64,000 bases of DNA. Source: Bugula neritina. Taxonomy: Eukaryota; Animalia; Bryozoa. Positions 36,001 through 52,110 of the stretch are shown piece after piece (the stretch's first letter is position 1; the number at the start of each line of letters is the position of its first letter). A program made the translations under genes and the position numbers. Where the stretch lies: the NCBI GenBank assembly GCA_964035545.1, contig CAXIUT010000230.1, forward strand, positions 992,001-1,056,000, written 5' to 3'. The notes under the pieces are model-generated. The model was not told the DNA's origin. It saw nothing but the letters and a program-made list of their open reading frames with translations, and did no database searches.

Positions 36001-39000
36001 CTGCAACATACTGCAACATACTGAAATACACTGTAACATATTGAACTACACTGCATCATACTGCAACATACTGAAAAACACTGGAACATATTGATATACA
36101 CTGCAACTCATTGAAATATACTGCAACACACTGCAACATACGGCAGCATACCGAAATATACTGCGACACCTTGAAAAATACTGCAACATACTGAAATATA
36201 CTGCAAGTGTGGCAACATACTGAAATACACTGCAACACACTGAAGTATACTGTAATACACTGAAATGTAATGCAAAATACTGAATTATACTGCAACATAG
36301 TGCAACATACTGAAATACACTACAACAAACTGCAACATACTGAAATACACTGGAACATATTGAAATACACTGCGACACACTGAAACATACTGCAACATAC
36401 TGAAATATACTGCAAGATACTGCAACATACTGAAACAGACTGTGACATACTGAAATACACTGCAACATACTGCAAGATACCGCAACCGACTGAAATACAC
36501 TGTAACATATTGAAATACACTGCATCATACTGCAACATACTGAATTACACTGGAACATATTGATATACACTGCAACACATTGAAATATACTGCAACACAC
36601 TGAAACATACGGCAATATACCAAAATATACTGCGACACCTTGAAAAATACTGCAACATACAAAATATACTGCAAGTGGTTCAACATACTGAAATACAATG
36701 TGACACACTGGAATACACTGCAACATACTGCAAGATACTGCAACGTACGGAAATATTGTGCGACACAGTGAAATATACTGCAACATATTGAAATATACTG
36801 TAACATACTGCAACATACTAAAATACACTGCAACATACTGAAATACATTGCAACACATTAAAATATACTGCGACATACTGAAACATACTGCAACATGCTG
36901 AAATATACTGCAACATACTGAAATACACTATAACATATTGAAATATACTGCAACATACTGAATTACACTCTAACATACTGAAATATGCTGTAGCATGCTG
37001 AAAAACACTGCAACACACTGAAGTATACTGTAATACACTGAAATGTAATGCAACATACTGAATTATACTGCATCATAGTGCAACATACTGAAATACACTG
37101 TGACACACTGAAATACACTGAAACATAATGCAACAAACTGCAACATACTGAAATACACTGTAACATATCGAAATACACTGCAACATACTGCAACATACTG
37201 CAACATACTGAAATACACTACAACATACTGCAACATACTGAAATACACTGGGACATATTGAAATACACTGCGACACATTGAAACATACTGCAACATACTG
37301 AAATATACTGCAAGATACTGAATTACACTGGAACATATTGATATACACTGCAACACATTGAAATATACTGCAACACACTGAAACATACGGCAATATACCA
37401 AAATATACTGCGACACCTTGAAAAATACTGCAACATACGAAATATACTGCAAGTGGTGCAACATACTGAAATACAATGTGACACACTGGAATACACTGCA
37501 ACATACTGCAACATACTGCAACATACTGAAATACACTGTAACATATTGAATTACACTGCATCATACTGCAACATACTGAAAAACACTGGAACATATTGAT
37601 ATACACTGCAACTCATTGAAATATACTGCAACACACTGCAACATACGGCAGCATACCGAAATATACTGCGACACCTTTAAAAATACTGCAACATACTGAA
37701 ATATACTGCAAGTGTGGCAACATACTGAAATACACTGTGACATACTGAATTACACTGCATCATACTGCAACATACTGATATACACTGGAACATATTGATA
37801 TACACTGCAACACATTGAAATATACTGCAACACACTGAACCATATGACAACATACCGAAATTTACTGCGACACACTGAAAAATTTTGCAACATACGAATT
37901 ATACTTCAAGTGGTGCAACATTCTGAAATACAATGTGACACACTGAAATACACTGCAACATACTGCAACATACTGCAACATACTGAAATATTGTGCGACA
38001 CAGTGAAATATACTGCAACATATTGAAATATACTGTAACATACTGCAACATACTAAAATACACTGCAACATACTGAAATACATTGCAACACATTAAAATA
38101 TACTGCGACATACTGAAACATACTGCAACATGCTGAAATATACTGCAACATACTGAAATACACTATAACATATTGAAATATACTGCAACATACTGAATTA
38201 CACTCTAACATACTGAAATATGCTGTAGCATACTGAAATACACTGCAACACACTGAAGTATACTGTAATACACTGAAATGTAATGCAACATACTGAATTA
38301 TACTGCAACATAGTGCAACATACTGAAATACACTGTGACACACTGAAATACACTGAAACATAATGCAACAAACTGCAACATACTGAAATACACTGTAACA
38401 TATCGAAATACACTGCAACATACTGCAACATACTGCAACATACTGAAATACACTACAACATACTGCAACATACTGAAATACACTGGGACGTATTGAAATA
38501 CACTGCGACACATTGAAACATACTGCAACATACTGAAATATACTGCAAGTGTGGCAACATACTGAAATACACTGCAACACACTGAAGTATACTGTAATAC
38601 ACTGAAATGTAATGCAAAATACTGAATTATACTGCAACATAGTGCAACATACTGAAATACACTACAACAAACTGCAACATACTGAAATACACTGGAACAT
38701 ATTGAAATACACTGCGACACATTGAAACATACTGCAACATACTGAAATATACTGCAAGATACTGCAACATACTGAAACAGACTGTGACATACTGAAATAC
38801 ACTGCAACATACTGCAAGACACCGCAACCGACTGAAATACACTGTAACATATTGAAATACACTGCATCATACTGCAACATACTGAATTACACTGGAACAT
38901 ATTGATATACACTGCAACACATTGAAATATACTGCAACACACTGAAACATACGGCAATATACCAAAATATACTGCGACACCTTGAAAAATACTGCAACAT

Positions 39001-42000
39001 ACAAAATATACTGCAAGTGGTGCAACATACTGAAATACAATGTGACACACTGGAATACACTGCAACATACTGCAACATACTGCAACATACTGCAACATAC
39101 TGAAATACACTGTAACATATTGAATTACACTGCATCATACTGCAACATACTGAAAAACACTGGAACATATTGATATACACTGCAACTCATTGAAATATAC
39201 TGCAACACACTGCAACATACGGCAGCATACCGAAATATACTGCGACACCTTGAAAAATACTGCAACATACTGAAATATACTGCAAGTGTGGCAACATACT
39301 GAAATACACTGCAACACACTGAAGTATACTGTATTACACTGAAATGTAATGCAAAATACTGAATTATACTGCAACATAGTGCAACATACTGAAATACACT
39401 ACAACAAACTGCAACATACTGAAATACACTGGAACATATTGAAGTACACTGCGACACATTGAAACATACTGCAACATACTGAAATATACTGCAAGATACT
39501 GCAACATACTGAAACAGACTGTGACATACTGAAATACACTGCAACATACTGCAAGATACCGCAACCGACTGAAATACACTGTAACATATTGAAATACACT
39601 GCATCATACTGCAACATACTGAATTACACTGGAACATATTGATATACACTGCAACACATTGAAATATACTGCAACACACTGAAACATACGGCAATATACC
39701 AAAATATACTGCGACACCTTGAAAAATACTGCAACATACAAAATATACTGCAAGTGGTTCAACATACTGAAATACAATGTGACACACTGGAATACACTGC
39801 AACATACTGCAAGATACTGCAACGTACGGAAATATTGTGCGACACAGTGAAATATACTGCAACATATTGAAATATACTGTAACATACTGCAACATACTAA
39901 AATACACTGCAACATACTGAAATACATTGCAACACATTAAAATATACTGCGACATACTGAAACATACTGCAACATGCTGAAATATACTGCAACATACTGA
40001 AATACACTATAACATATTGAAATATACTGCAACATACTGAATTACACTCTAACATACTGAAATATGCTGTAGCATACTGAAAAACACTGCAACACACTGA
40101 AGTATACTGTAATACACTGAAATGTAATGCAACATACTGAATTATACTGCATCATAGTGCAACATACTGAAATACACTGTGACACAATGAAATACACTGA
40201 AACATAATGCAACAAACTGCAACATACTGAAATACACTGTAACATATCGAAATACACTGCAACATACTGCAACATACTGCAACATACTGAAATACACTAC
40301 AACATACTGCAACATACTGAAATACACTGGGACATATTGAAATACACTGCGACACATTGAAACATACTGCAACATACTGAAATATACTGCAAGATACTGA
40401 ATTACACTGGAACATATTGATATACACTGCAACACATTGAAATATACTGCAACACACTGAAACATACGGCAATATACCAAAATATACTGCGACACCTTGA
40501 AAAATACTGCAACATACGAAATATACTGCAAGTGGTGCAACATACTGAAATACAATGTGACACACTGGAATACACTGCAACATACTGCAACATACTGCAA
40601 CATACTGAAATACACTGTAACATATTGAATTACACTGCATCATACTGCAACATACTGAAAAACACTGGAACATATTGATATACACTGCAACTCATTGAAA
40701 TATACTGCAACACACTGCAACATACGGCAGCATACCGAAATATACTGCGACACCTTGAAAAATACTGCAACATACTGAAATATACTGCAAGTGTGGCAAC
40801 ATACTTAAATACACTGTGACATACTGAATTACACTGCATCATACTGCAACATACTGAAAAACACTGGAACATATTGATATACACTGCAACTCATTGAAAT
40901 ATACTGCAACACACTGCAACATACGGCAGCATACCGAAATATACTGCGACACCTTGAAAAATACTGCAACATACTGAAATATACTGCAAGTGTGGCAACA
41001 TACTTAAATACACTGTGACATACTGAAATACACTGCAACACACTGAAGTATACTGTAATACACTGAAATGTAATGCAAAATACTGAATTATACTGCAACA
41101 TAGTGCAACATACTGAAATACACTACAACAAACTGCAACATACTGAAATACACTGGAACATATTGAAATACACTGCGAGACATTGAAACATACTGCAACA
41201 TACTGAAATATACTGCAAGATACTGCAACATACTGAAACAGACTGTGACATACTGAAATACACTGCAACATACTGCAAGACACCGCAACCGACTGAAATA
41301 CACTGTAACATATTGAAATACACTGCATCATACTGCAACATACTGAATTACACTGGAACATATTGATATACACTGCAACACATTGAAATATACTGCAACA
41401 CACTGAAACATACGGCAATATACCAAAATATACTGCGACACCTTGAAAAATACTGCAACATACAAAATATACTGCAAGTGGTGCAACATACTGAAATACA
41501 ATGTGACACACTGGAATACACTGCAACATACTGCAACATACTGCAACATACTGAAATACACTGTAACATATTGAATTACACTGCATCATACTGCAACATA
41601 CTGAAAAACACTGGAACATATTGATATACACTGCAACTCATTGAAATATACTGCAACACACTGCAACATACGGCAGCATACCGAAATATACTGCGACACC
41701 TTGAAAATTACTGCAACATACTGAAATATACTGCAAGTGTGGCAACATACTGAAATACACTGCAACACACTGAAGTATACTGTAATACACTGAAATGTAA
41801 TGCAAAATACTGAATTATACTGCAACATAGTGCAACATACTGAAATACACTACAACAAACTGCAACATACTGAAATACACTGGAACATATTGAAATACAC
41901 TGCGACACATTGAAACATACTGCAACATACTGAAATATACTGCAAGATACTGCAACATACTGAAGCAGACTGTGACATACTGAAATACACTGCAACATAC

Positions 42001-45000
42001 TGCAAGATACCGCAACCGACTGAAATACACTGTAACATATTGAAATACACTGCATCATACTGCAACATACTGAATTACACTGGAACATATTGATATACAC
42101 TGCAACACATTGAAATATACTGCAACACACTGAAACATACGGCAATATACCAAAATATACTGCGACACCTTGAAAAATACTGCAACATACAAAATATACT
42201 GCAAGTGGTTCAACATACTGAAATACAATGTGACACACTGGAATACACTGCAACATACTGCAAGATACTGCAACGTACGGAAATATTGTGCGACACAGTG
42301 AAATATACTGCAACATATTGAAATATACTGTAACATACTGCAACATACTAAAATACACTGCAACATACTGAAATACATTGCAACACATTAAAATATACTG
42401 CGACATACTGAAACATACTGCAACATGCTGAAATATACTGCAACATACTGAAATACACTATAACATATTGAAATATACTGCAACATACTGAATTACACTC
42501 TAACATACTGAAATATGCTGTAGCATACTGAAAAACACTGCAACACACTGAAGTATACTGTAATACACTGAAATGTAATGCAACATACTGAATTATACTG
42601 CATCATAGTGCAACATACTGAAATACACTGTGACACACTGAAATACACTGAAACATAATGCAACAAACTGCAACATACTGAAACACACTGTAACATATCG
42701 AAATACACTGCAACATACTGCAACATACTGCAACATACTGAAATACACTACAACATACTGCAACATACTGAAATACACTGGGACATATTGAAATACACTG
42801 CGACACATTGAAACATACTGCAACATACTGAAATATACTGCAAGATACTGAATTACACTGGAACATATTGATATACACTGCAACACATTGAAATATACTG
42901 CAACACACTGAAACATACGGCAATATTCCAAAATATACTGCGACACCTTGAAAAATACTGCAACATACGAAATATACTGCAAGTGGTGCAACATACTGAA
43001 ATACAATGTGACACACTGGAATACACTGCAACATACTGCAACATACTGCAACATACTGAAATACACTGTAACATATTGAATTACACTGCATCATACTGCA
43101 ACATACTGAAAAACACTGGAACATATTGATATACACTGCAACTCATTGAAATATACTGCAACACACTGCAACATACGGCAGCATACCGAAATATACTGCG
43201 ACACCTTGAAAAATACTGCAACATACTGAAATATACTGCAAGTGTGGCAACATACTGAAATACACTGTGACATACTGAATTACACTGCATCATACTGCAA
43301 CATACTGATATACACTGGAACATATTGATATACACTGCAACACATTGAAATATACTGCAACACACTGAACCATATGACAACATACCGAAATTTACTGCGA
43401 CACACTGAAAAATTTTGCAACATACGAATTATACTTCAAGTGGTGCAACATTCTGAAATACAATGTGACACACTGAAATACACTGCAACATACTGCAACA
43501 TACTGCAACATACTGAAATATTGTGCGACACAGTGAAATATACTGCAACATATTGAAATATACTGTAACATACTGCAACATACTAAAATACACTGCAACA
43601 TACTGAAATACATTGCAACACATTAAAATATACTGCGACATACTGAAACATACTGCAACATGCTGAAATATACTGCAACATACTGAAATACACTATAACA
43701 TATTGAAATATACTGCAACATACTGAATTACACTCTAACATACTGAAATATGCTGTAGCATACTGAAATACACTGCAACACACTGAAGTATACTGTAATA
43801 CACTGAAATGTAATGCAACATACTGAATTATACTGCAACATAGTGCAACATACTGAAATACACTGTGACACACTGAAATACACTGAAACATAATGCAACA
43901 AACTGCAACATACTGAAATACACTGTAACATATCGAAATACACTGCAACATACTGCAACATACTGCAACATACTGAAATACACTACAACATACTGCAACA
44001 TACTGAAATACACTGGGACATATTGAAATACACTGCGACACATTGAAACATACTGCAACATACTGAAATATACTGCAAGTGTGGCAACATACTGAAATAC
44101 ACTGCAACACACTGAAGTATACTGTAATACACTGAAATGTAAAGCAAAATACTGAATTATACTGCAACATAGTGCAACATACTGAAATACACTACAACAA
44201 ACTGCAACATACTGAAATACACTGGAACATATTGAAATACACTGCGACACATTGAAACATACTGCAACATACTGAAATATACTGCAAGATACTGCAACAT
44301 ACTGAAACAGACTGTGACATACTGAAATACACTGCAACATACTGCAAGACACCGCAACCGACTGAAATACACTGTAACATATTGAAATACACTGCATCAT
44401 ACTGCAACATACTGAATTACACTGGAACATATTGATATACACTGCAACACATTGAAATATACTGCAACACACTGAAACATACGGCAATATACCAAAATAT
44501 ACTGCGACACCTTGAAAAATACTGCAACATACAAAATATACTGCAAGTGGTGCAACATACTGAAATACAATGTGACACACTGGAATACACTGCAACATAC
44601 TGCAACATACTGCAACATACTGCAACATACTGAAATACACTGTAACATATTGAACTACACTGCATCATACTGCAACATACTGAAAAACACTGGAACATAT
44701 TGATATACACTGCAACTCATTGAAATATACTGCAACACACTGCAACATACGGCAGCATACCGAAATATACTGCGACACCTTGAAAAATACTGCAACATAC
44801 TGAAATATACTGCAAGTGTGGCAACATACTGAAATACACTGCAACACACTGAAGTATACTGTAATACACTGAAATGTAATGCAAAATACTGAATTATACT
44901 GCAACATAGTGCAACATACTGAAATACACTACAACAAACTGCAACATACTGAAATACACTGGAACATATTGAAATACACTGCGACACACTGAAACATACT

Positions 45001-48000
45001 GCAACATACTGAAATATACTGCAAGATACTGCAACATACTGAAACAGACTGTGACATACTGAAATACACTGCAACATACTGCAAGATACCGCAACCGACT
45101 GAAATACACTGTAACATATTGAAATACACTGCATCATACTGCAACATACTGAATTACACTGGAACATATTGATATACACTGCAACACATTGAAATATACT
45201 GCAACACACTGAAACATACGGCAATATACCAAAATATACTGCGACACCTTGAAAAATACTGCAACATACAAAATATACTGCAAGTGGTTCAACATACTGA
45301 AATACAATGTGACACACTGGAATACACTGCAACATACTGCAAGATACTGCAACGTACGGAAATATTGTGCGACACAGTGAAATATACTGCAACATATTGA
45401 AATATACTGTAACATACTGCAACATACTAAAATACACTGCAACATACTGAAATACATTGCAACACATTAAAATATACTGCGACATACTGAAACATACTGC
45501 AACATGCTGAAATATACTGCAACATACTGAAATACACTATAACATATTGAAATATACTGCAACATACTGAATTACACTCTAACATACTGAAATATGCTGT
45601 AGCATGCTGAAAAACACTGCAACACACTGAAGTATACTGTAATACACTGAAATGTAATGCAACATACTGAATTATACTGCATCATAGTGCAACATACTGA
45701 AATACACTGTGACACACTGAAATACACTGAAACATAATGCAACAAACTGCAACATACTGAAATACACTGTAACATATCGAAATACACTGCAACATACTGC
45801 AACATACTGCAACATACTGAAATACACTACAACATACTGCAACATACTGAAATACACTGGGACATATTGAAATACACTGCGACACATTGAAACATACTGC
45901 AACATACTGAAATATACTGCAAGATACTGAATTACACTGGAACATATTGATATACACTGCAACACATTGAAATATACTGCAACACACTGAAACATACGGC
46001 AATATACCAAAATATACTGCGACACCTTGAAAAATACTGCAACATACGAAATATACTGCAAGTGGTGCAACATACTGAAATACAATGTGACACACTGGAA
46101 TACACTGCAACATACTGCAACATACTGCAACATACTGAAATACACTGTAACATATTGAATTACACTGCATCATACTGCAACATACTGAAAAACACTGGAA
46201 CATATTGATATACACTGCAACTCATTGAAATATACTGCAACACACTGCAACATACGGCAGCATACCGAAATATACTGCGACACCTTTAAAAATACTGCAA
46301 CATACTGAAATATACTGCAAGTGTGGCAACATACTGAAATACACTGTGACATACTGAATTACACTGCATCATACTGCAACATACTGATATACACTGGAAC
46401 ATATTGATATACACTGCAACACATTGAAATATACTGCAACACACTGAACCATATGACAACATACCGAAATTTACTGCGACACACTGAAAAATTTTGCAAC
46501 ATACGAATTATACTTCAAGTGGTGCAACATTCTGAAATACAATGTGACACACTGAAATACACTGCAACATACTGCAACATACTGCAACATACTGAAATAT
46601 TGTGCGACACAGTGAAATATACTGCAACATATTGAAATATACTGTAACATACTGCAACATACTAAAATACACTGCAACATACTGAAATACATTGCAACAC
46701 ATTAAAATATACTGCGACATACTGAAACATACTGCAACATGCTGAAATATACTGCAACATACTGAAATACACTATAACATATTGAAATATACTGCAACAT
46801 ACTGAATTACACTCTAACATACTGAAATATGCTGTAGCATACTGAAATACACTGCAACACACTGAAGTATACTGTAATACACTGAAATGTAATGCAACAT
46901 ACTGAATTATACTGCAACATAGTGCAACATACTGAAATACACTGTGACACACTGAAATACACTGAAACATAATGCAACAAACTGCAACATACTGAAATAC
47001 ACTGTAACATATCGAAATACACTGCAACATACTGCAACATACTGCAACATACTGAAATACACTACAACATACTGCAACATACTGAAATACACTGGGACGT
47101 ATTGAAATACACTGCGACACATTGAAACATACTGCAACATACTGAAATATACTGCAAGTGTGGCAACATACTGAAATACACTGCAACACACTGAAGTATA
47201 CTGTAATACACTGAAATGTAATGCAAAATACTGAATTATACTGCAACATAGTGCAACATACTGAAATACACTACAACAAACTGCAACATACTGAAATACA
47301 CTGGAACATATTGAAATACACTGCGACACATTGAAACATACTGCAACATACTGAAATATACTGCAAGATACTGCAACATACTGAAACAGACTGTGACATA
47401 CTGAAATACACTGCAACATACTGCAAGACACCGCAACCGACTGAAATACACTGTAACATATTGAAATACACTGCATCATACTGCAACATACTGAATTACA
47501 CTGGAACATATTGATATACACTGCAACACATTGAAATATACTGCAACACACTGAAACATACGGCAATATACCAAAATATACTGCGACACCTTGAAAAATA
47601 CTGCAACATACAAAATATACTGCAAGTGGTGCAACATACTGAAATACAATGTGACACACTGGAATACACTGCAACATACTGCAACATACTGCAACATACT
47701 GCAACATACTGAAATACACTGTAACATATTGAATTACACTGCATCATACTGCAACATACTGAAAAACACTGGAACATATTGATATACACTGCAACTCATT
47801 GAAATATACTGCAACACACTGCAACATACGGCAGCATACCGAAATATACTGCGACACCTTGAAAAATACTGCAACATACTGAAATATACTGCAAGTGTGG
47901 CAACATACTGAAATACACTGCAACACACTGAAGTATACTGTAATACACTGAAATGTAATGCAAAATACTGAATTATACTGCAACATAGTGCAACATACTG

Positions 48001-50100
48001 AAATACACTACAACAAACTGCAACATACTGAAATACACTGGAACATATTGAAGTACACTGCGACACATTGAAACATACTGCAACATACTGAAATATACTG
48101 CAAGATACTGCAACATACTGAAACAGACTGTGACATACTGAAATACACTGCAACATACTGCAAGATACCGCAACCGACTGAAATACACTGTAACATATTG
48201 AAATACACTGCATCATACTGCAACATACTGAATTACACTGGAACATATTGATATACACTGCAACACATTGAAATATACTGCAACACACTGAAACATACGG
48301 CAATATACCAAAATATACTGCGACACCTTGAAAAATACTGCAACATACAAAATATACTGCAAGTGGTTCAACATACTGAAATACAATGTGACACACTGGA
48401 ATACACTGCAACATACTGCAAGATACTGCAACGTACGGAAATATTGTGCGACACAGTGAAATATACTGCAACATATTGAAATATACTGTAACATACTGCA
48501 ACATACTAAAATACACTGCAACATACTGAAATACATTGCAACACATTAAAATATACTGCGACATACTGAAACATACTGCAACATGCTGAAATATACTGCA
48601 ACATACTGAAATACACTATAACATATTGAAATATACTGCAACATACTGAATTACACTCTAACATACTGAAATATGCTGTAGCATACTGAAAAACACTGCA
48701 ACACACTGAAGTATACTGTAATACACTGAAATGTAATGCAACATACTGAATTATACTGCATCATAGTGCAACATACTGAAATACACTGTGACACAATGAA
48801 ATACACTGAAACATAATGCAACAAACTGCAACATACTGAAATACACTGTAACATATCGAAATACACTGCAACATACTGCAACATACTGCAACATACTGAA
48901 ATACACTACAACATACTGCAACATACTGAAATACACTGGGACATATTGAAATACACTGCGACACATTGAAACATACTGCAACATACTGAAATATACTGCA
49001 ACATACTGAATTACACTGGAACATATTGATATACACTGCAAAACATTGAAATATACTGCAACAGACTGAACCATATGGCAACATACCAAAATATACTGCG
49101 ACACCTTGAAAAATACTGCAACATACGAAATATACTGCAAGTGGTGCAACATACTGAAATACAATGTGACACACTGGAATACACTGCAACATACTGCAAC
49201 ATACTGCAACATACTGAAATACACTGTAACATATTGAATTACACTGCATCATACTGCAACATACTGAAAAACACTGGAACATATTGATATACACTGCAAC
49301 TCATTGAAATATACTGCAACACACTGCAACATACGGCAGCATACCGAAATATACTTCGACACCTTGAAAAATACTGCAACATACTGAAATATACTGCAAG
49401 TGTGGCAACATACTGAAATACACTGTGACATACTGAATTACACTGCATCATACTGCAACATACTGATATACACTGGAACATATTGATATACACTGCAACA
49501 CATTGAAATATACTGCAACACACTGAACCATATGACAACATACCGAAATTTACTGCGACACACTGAAAAATTTTGCAACATACGAATTATACTTCAAGTG
49601 GTGCAACATTCTGAAATACAATGTGACACACTGAAATACACTGCAACATACTGCAACATACTGCAACATACTGAAATATTGTGCGACACAGTGAAATATA
49701 CTGCAACATATTGAAATATACTGTAACATACTGCAACATACTAAAATACACTGCAACATACTGAAATACATTGCAACACATTAAAATATACTGCGACATA
49801 CTGAAACATACTGCAACATGCTGAAATATACTGCAACATACTGAAATACACTATAACATATTGAAATATACTGCAACATACTGAATTACACTCTAACATA
49901 CTGGAATATGCTGTAGCATACTGAAATACACTGCAACACACTGAAGTATACTGTAATACACTGAAATGTAATGCAACATACTGAATTATACTGCAACATA
50001 GTGCAACATACTGAAATACACTGTGACACACTGAAACACACTGAAACATAATGCAACCTACTGCAACATACTGAAATACACTGTAACATATCGAAATACA
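29900..50100. repeat. Homogeneous 3079-bp higher-order repeat domain (~6.5 copies; variant units of 3069 and 2451 bp)
   Basis: A landmark ORF recurs at 30815, 33884, 36963, 40042, 42493, 45572 and 48651 (steps 3069, 3079, 3079, 2451, 3079, 3079). Confidence 0.9.
32410..49400. repeat. 8609-bp super-HOR duplication (3079+3079+2451), second copy incomplete
   Basis: Copy-private variants recur exactly 8609 bp apart (ORF pairs 32479/41088, 33884/42493, 34974/43583, 36818/45427, 38053/46662, 40042/48651). Confidence 0.88.
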
Positions 50101-50455
50101 CTGCAACATACTGCAACATACTGCAACATACTGAAATACACTACAACATACTGCAAGATACCGCAACCTACTGAAATACACTGAAACATATTGAAATACA
50201 CTGCATCATACTGCAACATACTGAATTACACTGGAACATATTGAAATACACTGCGACACATTGAAACATACTGCAACATACTGAAATATACTGCAAGATA
50301 CTGCAACATACTGAAACAGACTGTGACATACTGAAATACACTGCAACATACTGCAAGATACCGCAACCTACTGAAATACGCTGAAACATATTGAAATACA
50401 CTGCATTATACTGCAACATACTGAATTACACTGGAACATATTGATATACACTGCA

Positions 50456-50457
50456 AC
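50456..50457 (+). other. 2-bp target-site duplication AC (second copy at 55885-55886)
   Basis: ...CTGCA[AC] insert [AC]ACATTGAAAT, versus the empty site GCA[AC]ACATTGAAAT at 63491-63505. Confidence 0.8.
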
Positions 50458-50479
50458 CACAGCATAGTTAAGGTCATCC
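50458..50479 (+). repeat. Left terminal inverted repeat (22 bp)
   Basis: CACAGCATAGTTAAGGTCATCC, matching the reverse complement of 55863-55884 at 19/22 positions. Confidence 0.88.
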
Positions 50480-52031
50480 CCAGTGAAATATCATCTCATA
50501 ATCTAGTCTCAGTTCCTAGTTGCTATTGCTCTGTGGGCGGCATGCGTATTGCCTACTTGTCATAATTTAGCATGAGATATAACAATTGCCAACAGACCAT
50601 GAAATTAGCTAGGGCTGCACCTGTTTGCATTACAACCATTGCTACAATCTATTGAGCAAGTATGTGGTCATGGCAAGCCTCAGCATCACCTCATTATTAT
50701 TATTACAAGAGACCAGTGGTTTGTTTCATGTGCAATGTACTTGATGTACAAAGGAAGATAATTTTTGTAACTTCTTTTTCAACTAACCATGTAAAACTCT
50801 TTCAGATTCTGGAAGCAAGCTAAATGCTAAAGCTAACTCAATATTTATCCATTTGCCTAGTCTAATAAAGTTGTTAATAATTACAGGCTTGACTACAACT
50901 TGACAAATAATTTAGAGATGCTCTTCTCTCAAAGCATACTGTTTTTATGCTAGACTAATAATCTATCTGTTCACTACCATTGACTAACTTAAAGCCAAAA
51001 TTACCTTCATCATTAAAATCCTCTTCTAGTTGCAAAAACACTTTTCATTGCTAAACTATTACAATCAGTTACAGACTCTGCACAATAGCTTAGAATAGTA
51101 AAGAGACTTGCATATAGGTCAGATAGTCATGTGTGAGATTTTGTTGGTAGCTGTAATGATCAGATATGCAGAATTTTGTGTGGCCACTTTGAGTTTAGAT
51201 GGTTTTGGTAAAGGATTTGATTGCTGCAAGTTTCTAATATAGCTAGTAGGTACTTTTGTGGTCCCATTGTACATTATTATAAGCATTAATCAACACTTAT
51301 TGAAGTGAGTTGGAACTTGGAACTATATAATAGGTTAGACTGTGAGCCTGTGCTTTAAATATATTCTATTCGCTCTCTGCTGTATACAGTCTAAACTTTA
51401 AAAGGTCCAATCAACCTTAAATTGCTTCTAGCTAAATGTCCAAAAATTGGCTATGAGCTGTATCTTGTTGCCTTGCACTGAGAAATAAATTTGAGGCCAG
51501 CAAACAACTGGGCTCCTTTGTACTCCTGGCAGCTACGATCAATAGTTGGTTATCATAGCTGCGCAGTGTTCACTCAAGCATGATATCATCGGCTTGCTGT
51601 ATACCAACTCAGAGCCAAGATTATCAACTATTTTATGTTTCTAAATTTAGCATCTAATAGAAAAAGCTGCGTCTAGTTAGACTGACTGACGCTATGCTTG
51701 CCTGAGTGAAACACCCAAGATGAACAGTTTTAATCTTAGCTAGGCAAGAATTGAGAATTTGAAGAGAAAATCTCCTTAAGATAAAAGAAGATGTCCAGTG
51801 AATTCAGTTTTGTTTCCGGCCTGATAGGTGTCAGTTAATCAGCTCAGATATAACTAGCAATGCATTTTCCATTATTCTGATGCTGCAATTATAATATTCC
51901 ATAACAATAATTGACTTAATAATTTAGGAATATGCAACAAATCAACCAGTTTTATTCAAGTTAACACCAGATAGCCATTGCTAAAGATCAAAACGAAAAT
52001 CAGTGTGGATTTTCAAACATAATATAATATA

Positions 52032-52038
<7 letters not shown>

Positions 52039-52108
<70 letters not shown>
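52039..52108. repeat. (TA)35 microsatellite inside the insert
   Basis: Uninterrupted TA run of about 70 bp, preceded by an imperfect AT-rich run from about 52020. Confidence 0.97.

Positions 52109-52110
<2 letters not shown>

Larger units (their letters stand above)
1..50457. repeat. Satellite DNA array, 10-bp monomer (ACTGCAACAT / ACTGAAATAY, often as a 20-bp dimer), left arm; runs off the window start
   Basis: Continuous head-to-tail 10-bp units in one orientation, with point-variant monomers (e.g. ACTGTGACAC, ATTGAAATAT, ACTGGAACAT). The register shifts at 9-bp variants. Confidence 0.98.
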
